A stretch of DNA of 64,000 bases from Candidatus Altimarinota bacterium (lineage in GTDB: Bacteria > Patescibacteriota > Gracilibacteria > CAIRYL01): NCBI GenBank assembly GCA_965250085.1, contig OZ252287.1, positions 1,152,001 through 1,216,000 of the forward strand, written 5' to 3'. The notes under the pieces were generated by a model. That model was not told the origin of the DNA, did not search any database, and was given only the letters and a program-made list of their open reading frames with translations. The position numbers and the translations under genes were made by a program. Below, piece after piece: positions 21,822 through 31,243 of this stretch (positions within the stretch are counted from its first letter, which is position 1; every line of letters starts with the position of its first letter).

Positions 21822-22247
21822 CTAATCTAACAATTCTTCCATGGCACCCTTCTGAAGATTATACCACAGCTGCATACCGGCAGGATCTTTGAGAAACTCT
21901 CGAGTTTCTTCATCTAGGGGTCGTACAACACGATAACAAAGATTGCCTACCTTCTCTAGCGGGGAAGCACTATTAGAGTTTGACATGCTATCCAGAAGCT
22001 CCCCCCATGTGCAAGGAGTATCTTCAATTGTTGCAAAGACAAGTGTATGTATGCTTTCTTGAAATTCAAGAATATCTCCTCCTTCGCGTGTCAAATATGG
22101 AAGCAACTTCCACTTAAATCTGAGCCTTAACTTCGCAGAAATAGCATTGCAAATTTTGTTGGCAATATTTGCATGCATATCATCAGGATCTTGAATTTGA
22201 TGAGAGTGATCATCAGTGCGTCTTTGACCATGTTCTGCATTGGTCAT
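21822..22247 (-). CDS. Hypothetical protein
   Basis: 141-aa ORF co-oriented with neighbours. Confidence 0.6.
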   Translation of the reverse strand: MTNAEHGQRRTDDHSHQIQDPDDMHANIANKICNAISAKLRLRFKWKLLPYLTREGGDILEFQESIHTLVFATIEDTPCTWGELLDSMSNSNSASPLEKVGNLCYRVVRPLDEETREFLKDPAGMQLWYNLQKGAMEELLD

Positions 22248-22309
22248 ACAATTTTAAGAGAAAAAGTAAGTATATTTGATTGTACGATAAATTTCTATAT
22301 CGCGCAAAT

Positions 22310-23395
22310 TTATCTTGTAGTAATCTTTCCTTCTCTCACTTCAAACACTTCTCCTTCAAATTTTTCTGGCAAATGCGTACATGAGATAAAAACCTGCTGA
22401 TTTTCAAAATTTTTAAGAAGCGCTCCTCTCCTTTTTTCATCGAGCTCCGACAGCACATCGTCAAGAATCAAAACAGGAGAGAAAGAAGTAACTTCTGCAA
22501 TAAAATCTCGTTCACAGAGCTTGAGCGCCACGAGTGCACTGCGAAGTTCTCCCCGGGAGGCTGTTTCTTCCAGTGGTTGATTTCTGAGTAATATTTGAAA
22601 ATCATCTCTGTGAGGTCCTTTTTGAGTAGAGCCATATCGCACATCATGAGCAAAGCTTTTCTCCAGTGTCTTAAAAAAACTTTCTCCAGATTTTATAGAG
22701 GGAGTATAGAGAAATTTGACTTCCTCGTTTGTTTCGGAAACCGATTGATATTTTCGTGTTATGTGCTGATGGGTAAAATCGGCAAATTCTTGCCGATATT
22801 TCTGGATGATTTCTCCCCATTTCACCAGTTCTGCATCCCAAAAGTCAAATTCTTGTTTTTGTATCTTTCCCTTTGGAAATTCACTCAGGAGTTTGTTGCG
22901 ATGTTTCAAAACTTTTTCATACTTCAGCAGTGCTTCTAGATACTCTGGAAAGAGAGGTGAGAGAATTCGCGAGAGGAACCTTCTTCTTTTTTGCGGTGCG
23001 TTACTCATCAGTTCCATATCTTCCGGTGCAAAAAGCACAGCGAAGAAATGTTTCTGTTTGAGGAATTCTGTAGGACTGAGTTGTACATCATTTTTTTTGC
23101 AAATAGTTTGGGATTTTTTTGTCCCAGTGTCTCCCCAAAATATTTGCAAATTTTCCACATCTTGACCCACATGCACTTTTGCTGTGATGCGGGAAAAATC
23201 TTTTCCCTGCATCGTAAATACTTCTTTTGTATTACTGCGAAAAGGCCTGGAAAGAGAAAATGTATAAATAGCTTCCAGAATATTTGTTTTTCCCTGAGCA
23301 TTTTGCCCAACAAAAATAGTGATTCCCGGAGCAAATTTTAGCTCTTTGCTTTGTAAATTTCGAAAATTTTCTGTAGTGATATGGGTGAGATGCAT
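22310..23395 (-). CDS. recF: DNA replication/repair protein RecF
   Basis: NFRN, GQNAQGKTNILEAI, GPHRDD, ASRGE, LDDVLSELD. Confidence 0.97.
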   Translation of the reverse strand: MHLTHITTENFRNLQSKELKFAPGITIFVGQNAQGKTNILEAIYTFSLSRPFRSNTKEVFTMQGKDFSRITAKVHVGQDVENLQIFWGDTGTKKSQTICKKNDVQLSPTEFLKQKHFFAVLFAPEDMELMSNAPQKRRRFLSRILSPLFPEYLEALLKYEKVLKHRNKLLSEFPKGKIQKQEFDFWDAELVKWGEIIQKYRQEFADFTHQHITRKYQSVSETNEEVKFLYTPSIKSGESFFKTLEKSFAHDVRYGSTQKGPHRDDFQILLRNQPLEETASRGELRSALVALKLCERDFIAEVTSFSPVLILDDVLSELDEKRRGALLKNFENQQVFISCTHLPEKFEGEVFEVREGKITTR

Positions 23396-23490
23396 TATTT
23401 TTAGTAAAAACAATTGTCATTCCCGATTATTTTCAAAATGTACTTTCTTCTTTTTTGGCAGGAGGAGCAAGGAAGATTTTTTGACACTAG

Positions 23491-23572
23491 AAATCTCCCC
23501 TCATTCGAGTTTGAGTGATGAGACCAAAGTCTCAGAGTCGAAGACTAACCCCTCTTTGCTAAAAGAGAGGAA
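23491..23572. repeat. REP-like element (AATCTCCCCT|AACCCCTCTTT..AAAGAG) carrying a nested 45-bp palindromic insert (23502-23546)
   Basis: Flanks match half of the 53898/60523 element; insert TTCGA...TCGAA hairpin. Confidence 0.8.
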
Positions 23573-23578
23573 GAAATT

Positions 23579-23881
23579 TTAAGACAGCATTTTCTGCAAT
23601 TCACCATTTTCATATATCTCAAGAATGATGTCACATCCACCGATAAATTCTCCTTTCACATATACTTGAGGAAAGGTGGGCCAATCAGAAAATTTTGTCA
23701 TTACTTGTCGCCATGCAGAGAGGTCTTCCAACACATCTATTGCTACATAATTTGGAGCGAGTTCATCAAATATATTTTGCACGCGAGCGGTAAAACCGCA
23801 TCTTGGACTTCCTTTTGCTCCCTTTCCAAAAATAACGACTGGATTGGAATCAATTATATTTTGTATTTCACTTTCTGTCAT
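23579..23881 (-). CDS. grxD: Monothiol (Grx4-type) glutaredoxin
   Basis: PRCGFT, SDWPTFPQVYVKGEFIGGCDI. Confidence 0.95.
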   Translation of the reverse strand: MTESEIQNIIDSNPVVIFGKGAKGSPRCGFTARVQNIFDELAPNYVAIDVLEDLSAWRQVMTKFSDWPTFPQVYVKGEFIGGCDIILEIYENGELQKMLS

Positions 23882-23914
23882 ACGAGAGAGGCATAAAGAG
23901 TAGAAATGATTACT

Positions 23915-24190
23915 TTACTGTATGTGTTTGTACTCTATCAATTCAAACTCCTCTTTTTTTTCTTTCCACTCAGAAGGAGTAAACCCTTTGACCGAGTACG
24001 CATGGATTTTTTGTTTCATATCCCCAAGGGTATCAAATATCAAGCGGCTTCGATCCACAAGCCCTTTTCCTTCAAAAACTTCATCAACTGCTATCATTTG
24101 AAGAAAATGTCCATCACCTCGTTCATCGTACACAAAAACCTCTGCGAAGCTTTGCTTTAAGATTTCATCAAATTGATCAACAAACTTCAT
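23915..24190 (-). CDS. BolA/IbaG family protein
   Basis: GDGHF, FEGKGLVDRSR, IHA, TPSEW; adjacent to grxD. Confidence 0.9.
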   Translation of the reverse strand: MKFVDQFDEILKQSFAEVFVYDERGDGHFLQMIAVDEVFEGKGLVDRSRLIFDTLGDMKQKIHAYSVKGFTPSEWKEKKEEFELIEYKHIQ

Positions 24191-24384
24191 TTTTACTACA
24201 AAAATTCAACGGAAATCTTTCCATGTTTCTCACGGCTTTACAATGGCTTTATTACAAACATCTGAGTACTTTTTTACCATTATACACCAAAAAGATGTAT
24301 TCATATTGTGTACAGGAAATTTGTAAAAAAAAGCTTCCTTATGAGAAGATTGATCCTCTTTTCTGTTTCTTTAGTGAGGGCACT

Positions 24385-25023
24385 ATGAAAAAGTCATTTT
24401 ACGATCAACTCGAGGACGAAAAAATACATTTTGTTTTCGGACAACATTGGCTCTTGGCACTCTTGAGAATATTAATTTTCGGAGTCCTTATAGTAGCAAC
24501 AGCTGTACTTCCATTCTTTTTCGTAAAATATTTCTTTTCTGAAGTCTCGGGAGAATTTATTGCCCATTTTGTTCTTCTGGCGAGTTTTTTCCTTGGCACA
24601 CTCCTTATTCATCGACTTTTTCTTTGGTTCCTCTCATATCGGGGAACTTTTGCTATTGTGACCAATTTTCGAATCATCATTGTAAAAAAATCAATGTTTT
24701 TTACCAGCGAAAAAGAGGTTCTCGACCTGACACAGATACGAGATATTCAAATGCGGAAAAACGGAATTTTTAACAACATATGCAACTGTGGAGATATCAA
24801 CCTTATCCTCTCCACACAAGAAAAGGATGCTACGGTTATTCGAAAAGTATTCGACCCAATGAAGATCCAATCACAGTGCAATGCAATACGTCATCAGAAA
24901 ATACAAGAAACAAATATACAGAGAAATGGCGGGCCATACATTCCTGTCGCTCCAAACAAAGGTGTTATTCACCATGATGTATTTGTAGAACGAAAAAACA
25001 CAGTATATGGTCAGGAGTTCTAA
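24385..25023 (+). CDS. Membrane protein with bacterial PH domain
   Basis: Two TMs then VTNFRII, IRDI, GDINL. Confidence 0.75.
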   Translation: MKKSFYDQLEDEKIHFVFGQHWLLALLRILIFGVLIVATAVLPFFFVKYFFSEVSGEFIAHFVLLASFFLGTLLIHRLFLWFLSYRGTFAIVTNFRIIIVKKSMFFTSEKEVLDLTQIRDIQMRKNGIFNNICNCGDINLILSTQEKDATVIRKVFDPMKIQSQCNAIRHQKIQETNIQRNGGPYIPVAPNKGVIHHDVFVERKNTVYGQEF

Positions 25024-25085
25024 CCATTCTTCTTGTGTTTTTGATATCGAGAAGAAACAATATTCATGTCTTTTTTCTATAGCAA

Positions 25086-25316
25086 ATGATCACAGAGTGG
25101 ATAGTATATTCTGTTTTCATCATCGTTTCTTTTTCCATTTTTTGGATTGTAGTTCGACGAGTAAAAGAACATTTTAATAGGTATCCACTCGAGGATAATG
25201 ATAAAAAAATAAGTAAAATCTGGGGTGGACCACAAAAAAAGCTTCTTATCGTCTATTTTCTCTGTCTGGTTATCTTCTCAATCTTTTTTGCTGTTCTTAT
25301 CTATATTCTCAGATGA
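25086..25316 (+). CDS. Small two-TM protein
   Basis: ATGA overlap with guaA start. Confidence 0.65.
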   Translation: MITEWIVYSVFIIVSFSIFWIVVRRVKEHFNRYPLEDNDKKISKIWGGPQKKLLIVYFLCLVIFSIFFAVLIYILR

Positions 25317-27247
25317 ATAGGTCTATTGTAGTTTTGGATTTTGGCGGGCAATATGCGCACCTGATTGCCAATCGTATACGTCGTCTGGGTGCATATTCAG
25401 AAATTTACTCTCATGATGTATCGGCTGAAGAGCTCAAAAAAAATGAAGTGGCTGGCATTATCCTCTCAGGAGGCCCCAAGAGTGTTTACGCGGAGGACGG
25501 CCTTCACGCCAATGTGGATATATTTGACTTAGACATCCCAGTATTGGGTATTTGCTATGGTCATCAGCTTCTGGTACACGCACTGGGCGGAGAGGTAGAA
25601 ATGGGGTCAGTTCATGAATTTGGGAAGAGTGACTTTGTTCTCAAAAAAAAGGATGGAGTATGGAAGGATTTTCCTAACACCTCTACTGCATGGATGAGTC
25701 ATGTAGACAAAGTGATCGCGCTTCCCAGGGGATTTGAAATCACGGGAACCACATCTGATTGCAGTGCGGCAGCAATAGCATGTTTTGATCGTAATATCTT
25801 TGGAGTGCAGTTTCATCCAGAAGTAACCCATACTCAGCAGGGGATGCTTTTGCTTCAGAATTTTGTAGAAATTTGTGGAGTCCAAAACACATGGAAGATA
25901 GATGATTTTGTCGCACAAGAAATCCAAAATATTCAGAAGCAAGCTGCAGGAAAAAATGTATTTCTTTTGGTTTCTGGAGGGGTGGATTCGAGTGTGACAT
26001 TTGCCCTTCTGGAAAAAGCACTTGGAAAAGAGCGAATATATGGACTCTTTGTAGACCATGGACTCATGAGGAAAGATGAAGTGAATCAAGTGCCGGCAAT
26101 GATAGCCGAAGCGGGATTTGATAATCTGCATGTTGCAAAAGAAGAGAATCGATTTTTAAAAAACCTAGAAGGCATCACTGATCCGGAAGAAAAACGAATG
26201 ATCATTGGAAACACATTTTTGGATGTTCAGGAACAAGTCACAACAGACCTCGATTTACATCCGGATGAATGGCTTCTGGGACAGGGAACCATTTACCCCG
26301 ACACTATTGAAAGTGGTGGAACCAAGCACGCGGCAAAAATAAAAACTCATCACAATAGAGTAGAGAGAGTTCAAAAGCTTATAGATGCCGGAAAGATTAT
26401 TGAACCACTCAAAGATCTCTACAAAGATGAGGTGCGTGAAGTAGGACTCAAACTAGGGCTTCCCAAAAAAATGATTGAGCGACATCCATTTCCGGGTCCC
26501 GGATTAGGAGTCAGGATTCTCTGTTCTCAAAATGCCGACAGTCTCCCCAACACCCCAGAGATAGAGTCTGGTATTCAAAAAAAATTTGCAGACATAGAAG
26601 CACGAGTGCTCCCTCTTAAGTCCGTCGGAGTGCAGGGAGATTTTCGCAGTTATCGACATCCAGTCGTTCTGTTTTCTAAAAATGAATACTCCTGGGACAC
26701 GCTTGATGAAATAGCAACCAATATCCCGAATTCATTTCCAGAGATCAATCGAGTATTGCTCAGTCTTTCGCATTTTTCTAAACTGTCTGTACCAAAGGTG
26801 ACTCCATCATTTATGACCAAAGATCGGATAGCTTTACTCCAAGAGGCAGATGCCATCATTCGCATGATACTGGAAAAAGAAGACTTCAAAGGAAGAGAAA
26901 ATATCTGGCAATTCCCCGTGGTGCTCTGTCCATTAGAGTTTGGAGAGGGGAGTGGAGAGAAGGGAGAAGAGAAATCAATTACGAATTACGAATCATCCAC
27001 CTTTGCTAAGGCTACGGCGGACAGGCGAATTACGGAAAAAAACAGAGAACACACTTCGAAATCTCGCGAGACAATTATTTTACGTCCCGTTGAAAGCCAA
27101 GAGGCCATGACGGCATCATTTGCTCGTATTCCAGGTAACATATTACTCAAAATGAGTAAGAGCATCATGAATGAACTTGAAGGAAAAGTTTCAGCGGTCT
27201 TTTTTGATATCACCAATAAACCGCCGGGAACGATTGAGTGGGAATAG
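25313..27247 (+). CDS. guaA: GMP synthase (glutamine-hydrolysing) with ~40-aa repeat-derived insertion
   Basis: LDFGGQY, GICYGHQ, QFHPEV, SGGVDS, HPFPGPG, KPPGTIEWE. Confidence 0.99.
   Translation: MNRSIVVLDFGGQYAHLIANRIRRLGAYSEIYSHDVSAEELKKNEVAGIILSGGPKSVYAEDGLHANVDIFDLDIPVLGICYGHQLLVHALGGEVEMGSVHEFGKSDFVLKKKDGVWKDFPNTSTAWMSHVDKVIALPRGFEITGTTSDCSAAAIACFDRNIFGVQFHPEVTHTQQGMLLLQNFVEICGVQNTWKIDDFVAQEIQNIQKQAAGKNVFLLVSGGVDSSVTFALLEKALGKERIYGLFVDHGLMRKDEVNQVPAMIAEAGFDNLHVAKEENRFLKNLEGITDPEEKRMIIGNTFLDVQEQVTTDLDLHPDEWLLGQGTIYPDTIESGGTKHAAKIKTHHNRVERVQKLIDAGKIIEPLKDLYKDEVREVGLKLGLPKKMIERHPFPGPGLGVRILCSQNADSLPNTPEIESGIQKKFADIEARVLPLKSVGVQGDFRSYRHPVVLFSKNEYSWDTLDEIATNIPNSFPEINRVLLSLSHFSKLSVPKVTPSFMTKDRIALLQEADAIIRMILEKEDFKGRENIWQFPVVLCPLEFGEGSGEKGEEKSITNYESSTFAKATADRRITEKNREHTSKSRETIILRPVESQEAMTASFARIPGNILLKMSKSIMNELEGKVSAVFFDITNKPPGTIEWE
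26942..27034 (+). repeat. Composite in-frame insertion in guaA: purine 7-mers, AATTACG 7-mers and a 30-bp hairpin (26996-27025)
   Basis: GGAGAGG GGAGTGG AGAGAAG GGAGAAG; AATTACG x2; TCCACCTTTGCTAAGGCTACGGCGGACAGG; AATTACG. Confidence 0.8.
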
Positions 27248-27335
27248 ATTTTTTAGAAGCAATTGCATTCCAAAAAGAATCCTCTATTTCACAATCTTAT
27301 ATTTTCAGAAAAGATCAGCAATCATGTACTTGTTT

Positions 27336-27830
27336 TTAGCAATTGCAACCTGCTCCTGATCGCGTTGTATCAAATTCATCAGGAAGCCCCCATCCCTTTC
27401 GAACTCTCCCGATAGCATCTGATAATAGTCGAAGGAGATCTCCTTTTTTGTTTCCACCAAATTTAGACTCGGCATCGCGATCAATTGCATATTGTACTGC
27501 AAGGAGATCATTGCCTACTTCTCCTGTTTTTGGTTGAAGATTCTGAATACTTGCATTCTCACCAATTACTCCGGCTTTCTGCAGTCGGTCAAATACCCCA
27601 AGAGAAGGAAGATCGGTTGTTTGTGACAGCATGTTTTGTACGTCTGGGTTGTTTAAAAATTCAAAAATAGTGTTGATGTCAGTAATATCAACTGATCCTT
27701 CTACAACAGCAGCTGCTCGGGATCCAACATCTTCAGTTCCAGCTACTTCTGTAATAAGTGGAGCAGCAGCAGATGCTGCTTCTGGGTCAGAACCGACGTG
27801 AAGAGGAAGGTTTTCATTAGAATTACTCAT
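27336..27830 (-). CDS. Hypothetical acidic protein
   Basis: ORF with own TTGACA-N17-TAGTAT promoter near 27860-27889. Confidence 0.65.
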   Translation of the reverse strand: MSNSNENLPLHVGSDPEAASAAAPLITEVAGTEDVGSRAAAVVEGSVDITDINTIFEFLNNPDVQNMLSQTTDLPSLGVFDRLQKAGVIGENASIQNLQPKTGEVGNDLLAVQYAIDRDAESKFGGNKKGDLLRLLSDAIGRVRKGWGLPDEFDTTRSGAGCNC

Positions 27831-27967
27831 AAGAAATGGGAAAAAAGACAATACAAATCTATACTAAACCTTATATTATTATTTGTCAACACTTTTTCGC
27901 CCAAAGAATATGAATCATAAAAAATAATAGTTAATCTATAGTTCGTATAGAACTTAACATAGTTATT

Positions 27968-28837
27968 ATGTGTCGAATCTTCGCATATGCTTCAAAAACA
28001 CCGCTTAATTTGGAAGTATATTTCCACTCCGCACCCAATAGTTTAGAAAAACAGTCAGTAAAACATGCGGATGGATGGGGTATTGGATATTATGATTCAA
28101 GCCAATTATTGCGCGTCCTCAAAGAACCCTTTAGTGCAAAAGAAGATCAAACATTTGATGAGCTTTCACATGTCATCCATTCAAATTTACTTATTACTCA
28201 TATAAGAAAAGCAACTCTTGGAAGCAAAAAACGTGAAAATTGTCATCCATTTTCATACAAGCACTTCGCAATGGCTCATAATGGTAAGATTCGAGAATTT
28301 AAAAAATTGAAACCATATTTTTTGAAGAAAATAGACACTGATCTTCAAAGATCAATAAAAGGCACTACTGATTCTGAAGTACTCTTCTATCTTTTTCTCA
28401 GCTTATTGCGAAAAGAGTGTAAGCAGAAGTCATTGGAACACACTCTACCAAAGCATATTAAGGGAGCTCTTTTTGGTACGATTCAAGAGGTATGTACACT
28501 TCATAAAACACATGCTCCACAAACTCAAAAACCAATTTTAAACATAGCTGTTCTTGATAGCAAAAACATATATGCTACCACCATGAATAGAAAATTCTTT
28601 GTACTTGAACTCGATGAAAAAAGTCACCCAGAACATATTCATGCTTTGCACTGGCATATGCGCTTTGGAGAAGACACCAAAAAACACAGCAGTGTTTTAC
28701 TGGCATCTGAAGTCATAACAGATCACGATAAATGGGGAGAAGTGCCCAATAATAGTTTTCTATGGATTCGAGAAAATGGAACTGTTCATGTCGAGCCACT
28801 TCCAGATTTCTCAGAAAGTACTTTTTTATACGATTGA
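27968..28837 (+). CDS. Class II glutamine amidotransferase (YafJ/EgtC/Dug3-like Ntn hydrolase)
   Basis: N-terminal MCR, DGWGIG, HIRKAT, NCHPF, HNG, GTTDSE. Confidence 0.93.
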   Translation: MCRIFAYASKTPLNLEVYFHSAPNSLEKQSVKHADGWGIGYYDSSQLLRVLKEPFSAKEDQTFDELSHVIHSNLLITHIRKATLGSKKRENCHPFSYKHFAMAHNGKIREFKKLKPYFLKKIDTDLQRSIKGTTDSEVLFYLFLSLLRKECKQKSLEHTLPKHIKGALFGTIQEVCTLHKTHAPQTQKPILNIAVLDSKNIYATTMNRKFFVLELDEKSHPEHIHALHWHMRFGEDTKKHSSVLLASEVITDHDKWGEVPNNSFLWIRENGTVHVEPLPDFSESTFLYD

Positions 28838-28875
28838 GTGGGAATAGAATATTTTGAATGATTTGTACCGTATGT

Positions 28876-29301
28876 TCATGCTGAAGAATCACTCATTACA
28901 GATGCGGCTCGAGATATTTTTTCACTGCCATTTGCTATCAATGCTTGGACCCACTGCCGTGCAGCATCATCCAGAGTATCATCGTGATTTTTTTTGAAGA
29001 TATCTAAAAAATTCATGTCAGCGATAGATTCTGGGAGTGATGCCATAAGAGACTCTGCTTTTTTAGATACAACATCCAAAGCTTTTAAAGCGTCTAAGGA
29101 AACCGGCTTTTTTACAAGTGGTCCGAGGAAGCTTTGAAAATCCTTCTGCATTCTCAATTCTTCTTCCTTAGACAATGGACCAAAGTCCGCTTCTACAAAT
29201 GGAGAACGAAGAACTTCTACTATTTCCTGAAAGGAGTTTGAATCAGTATCAATTGGTGTTCCTATTCGGTCATCCGACGGAGTTTCAGGAGAGAATGACA
29301 T
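28876..29301 (-). CDS. Hypothetical protein
   Basis: 141-aa ORF; TTGACA...TATAAG promoter upstream. Confidence 0.65.
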   Translation of the reverse strand: MSFSPETPSDDRIGTPIDTDSNSFQEIVEVLRSPFVEADFGPLSKEEELRMQKDFQSFLGPLVKKPVSLDALKALDVVSKKAESLMASLPESIADMNFLDIFKKNHDDTLDDAARQWVQALIANGSEKISRAASVMSDSSA

Positions 29302-29432
29302 TATTGTTAGAATAAAAGAGGCACTACTTATAGCATAAAATATTTTATCCTGTCAATGTTTATCTATAAAAACGCACAGTCAATGAGTCATTAAATGAGA
29401 GCCTCAATTTTTTTAAATAGAGGAACAGAGAC

Positions 29433-29696
29433 TTATTGTAGCTGATTTCCCACGACCATTTTGGCAATGTTCAGTTCAGAGGTTAAGCCGAATCGTACCA
29501 TCATTTGACACACGCTATCTTGAGCTTCTTCAGGAATATCGGCAGATAAAATTGCTTCGACTTGCGCTACTAATGCATCTTTTTCTGCTTCTCCTAATTC
29601 TAAAGGCTCATCTCTGTCGCCAGTCAATGATGCCAGAGCTTGATCAATGAGATGAATAGAAGAATCAGACGGTGTTGGAAGGGACTCTTTTTGCAT
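29433..29696 (-). CDS. Hypothetical protein
   Basis: 87-aa ORF. Confidence 0.6.
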   Translation of the reverse strand: MQKESLPTPSDSSIHLIDQALASLTGDRDEPLELGEAEKDALVAQVEAILSADIPEEAQDSVCQMMVRFGLTSELNIAKMVVGNQLQ

Positions 29697-29774
29697 AAAC
29701 AAAAATAAAAGATGTCCCTATTTTAATCTAAAATTAATATTTATCAATCTTTTAGGAAAACATGAGTTTTGCTT

Positions 29775-31178
29775 CTACTGTTCTTCATATTTTTTTTTGA
29801 GGTCATGCAACTTTTGAAGAGCTTCTATCGGTGTTATTTCGTTCACATTAAGGTTTTGCAACTCTTTTTCTATTGCAGAGTCGGTTCTTTCTTTTTGCGG
29901 AAGAGCAAAGAGATCAGGCTGATCAGAACTCCCATTCTTTCCCCCTCGATTCCCTTCGTCTTTTTCCAGTCTCAGGAGCACTTCTTTTGCTCGTTTTGTC
30001 ACTGATTGAGGAACCCCTGCCAATTCCGCAACCTCAATACCAAAACTTTTGGACGCACCTCCGGCAGTAATGCGGTGCAAAAATGTAACCCCCTGATCAT
30101 TTTCGAGCACGGCAACAGAAAGATTATTCCCTTTTTTTAGATTTTCTATGAGATCAATGAGTTCGTGATAGTGGGTGGCAAAAAGTGTTTTGATTCCTTT
30201 CTCTTCCAAATACTCAGTAAGAGCCCATGCGAGGGAAAGACCGTCAAAGGTAGAGGTTCCTCTGCCGATTTCATCGAGGATAATGAAGGAGTTTTCTGTG
30301 GCATTTCTCAAAATATGTGAAGCCTCCTGCATTTCCACTAAAAAGGTAGATTGACCCTTGGTGAGAATGTCTCCGGAGCCAATACGGGTAAAAATGCCAT
30401 CGATGAGTGGAATTTCTGCTTCGGTGGCAGGAACAAAGCTTCCGATGTGTGCCAAGAGAATAATAAGGGCATTTTGTCTCAAATATGTCGATTTCCCTGC
30501 CATATTCGGACCGGTTACCAGAGAAAATGTTTTTTCCTGATCCATATTCAGATCATTGGGAACAAATCGATCACCGCCAAATCGTTCTCCCAAATCTTCC
30601 ACAACAGGGTGCCGACCTTGAGCGATATGCAGATTGTTCTTTTTGGTAAATCGCGGACAGATATATCGTTTTTTTTGAGCCGTTTCTGCAAATGATTGCA
30701 TCATGTCGAGTTCAGCCAGTGCAGAGGCAATTTCCTGAATTTGCACTGTATGTTTGAGCACTTCTGATGTGACCTCATCAAAAAGCTCTTGTTCTCTGCG
30801 AATCAACTTTTCCTCAGCAGCAAATACTTTTTCCTCATATTTTTTAAGTTCTGGAGTGATGTATCTTTCTGCATTGGTAAGTGTCTGTTTCCGCACAAAG
30901 TATTCGGGTACTTTCTGTACTTGTCCTTTGGGAACTTCAAAAAAATATCCAAAGACTTTGTTGGATTTTATCTTCAATGATTCAATACCTGTTTTTTTGC
31001 GTTCATCATTTTGGAGTTTTTCGAGATACTCTTTTCCATGCTGAGTCAGACCTCGGTATTCATCGACCTGAGCATCAAATCCACTGCGAATATATCCACC
31101 GTCAGTCAGCACTGCTGGGGAATTGGGATCAATTGCCTGATCCAAAAATTTTGCCAGTTGTTGCAAGGGTTCTGACAT
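29775..31178 (-). CDS. mutS: MutS, C-terminal half only (clamp, ATPase and HTH; no mismatch-binding or connector domain)
   Basis: GYFFEV, RKQTLTNAERY, GRHPVVE, GPNMAGKS, DEIGRGTST, FATHYHEL; only 467 aa. Confidence 0.9.
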   Translation of the reverse strand: MSEPLQQLAKFLDQAIDPNSPAVLTDGGYIRSGFDAQVDEYRGLTQHGKEYLEKLQNDERKKTGIESLKIKSNKVFGYFFEVPKGQVQKVPEYFVRKQTLTNAERYITPELKKYEEKVFAAEEKLIRREQELFDEVTSEVLKHTVQIQEIASALAELDMMQSFAETAQKKRYICPRFTKKNNLHIAQGRHPVVEDLGERFGGDRFVPNDLNMDQEKTFSLVTGPNMAGKSTYLRQNALIILLAHIGSFVPATEAEIPLIDGIFTRIGSGDILTKGQSTFLVEMQEASHILRNATENSFIILDEIGRGTSTFDGLSLAWALTEYLEEKGIKTLFATHYHELIDLIENLKKGNNLSVAVLENDQGVTFLHRITAGGASKSFGIEVAELAGVPQSVTKRAKEVLLRLEKDEGNRGGKNGSSDQPDLFALPQKERTDSAIEKELQNLNVNEITPIEALQKLHDLKKKYEEQ

Positions 31179-31243
31179 TCGGAAATCCAAAAAAAGCGAG
31201 CCGAGTATAGCAGGTCTTTTTTATGAAACAGAAATAAAATTCT

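Larger units (their letters stand above)
27230..28848. mobile_element. Small island at guaA 3' end bounded by 19-bp direct repeats
   Basis: ACGATTGAGTGGGAATAGA at 27230-27248 and 28830-28848. Confidence 0.75.
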
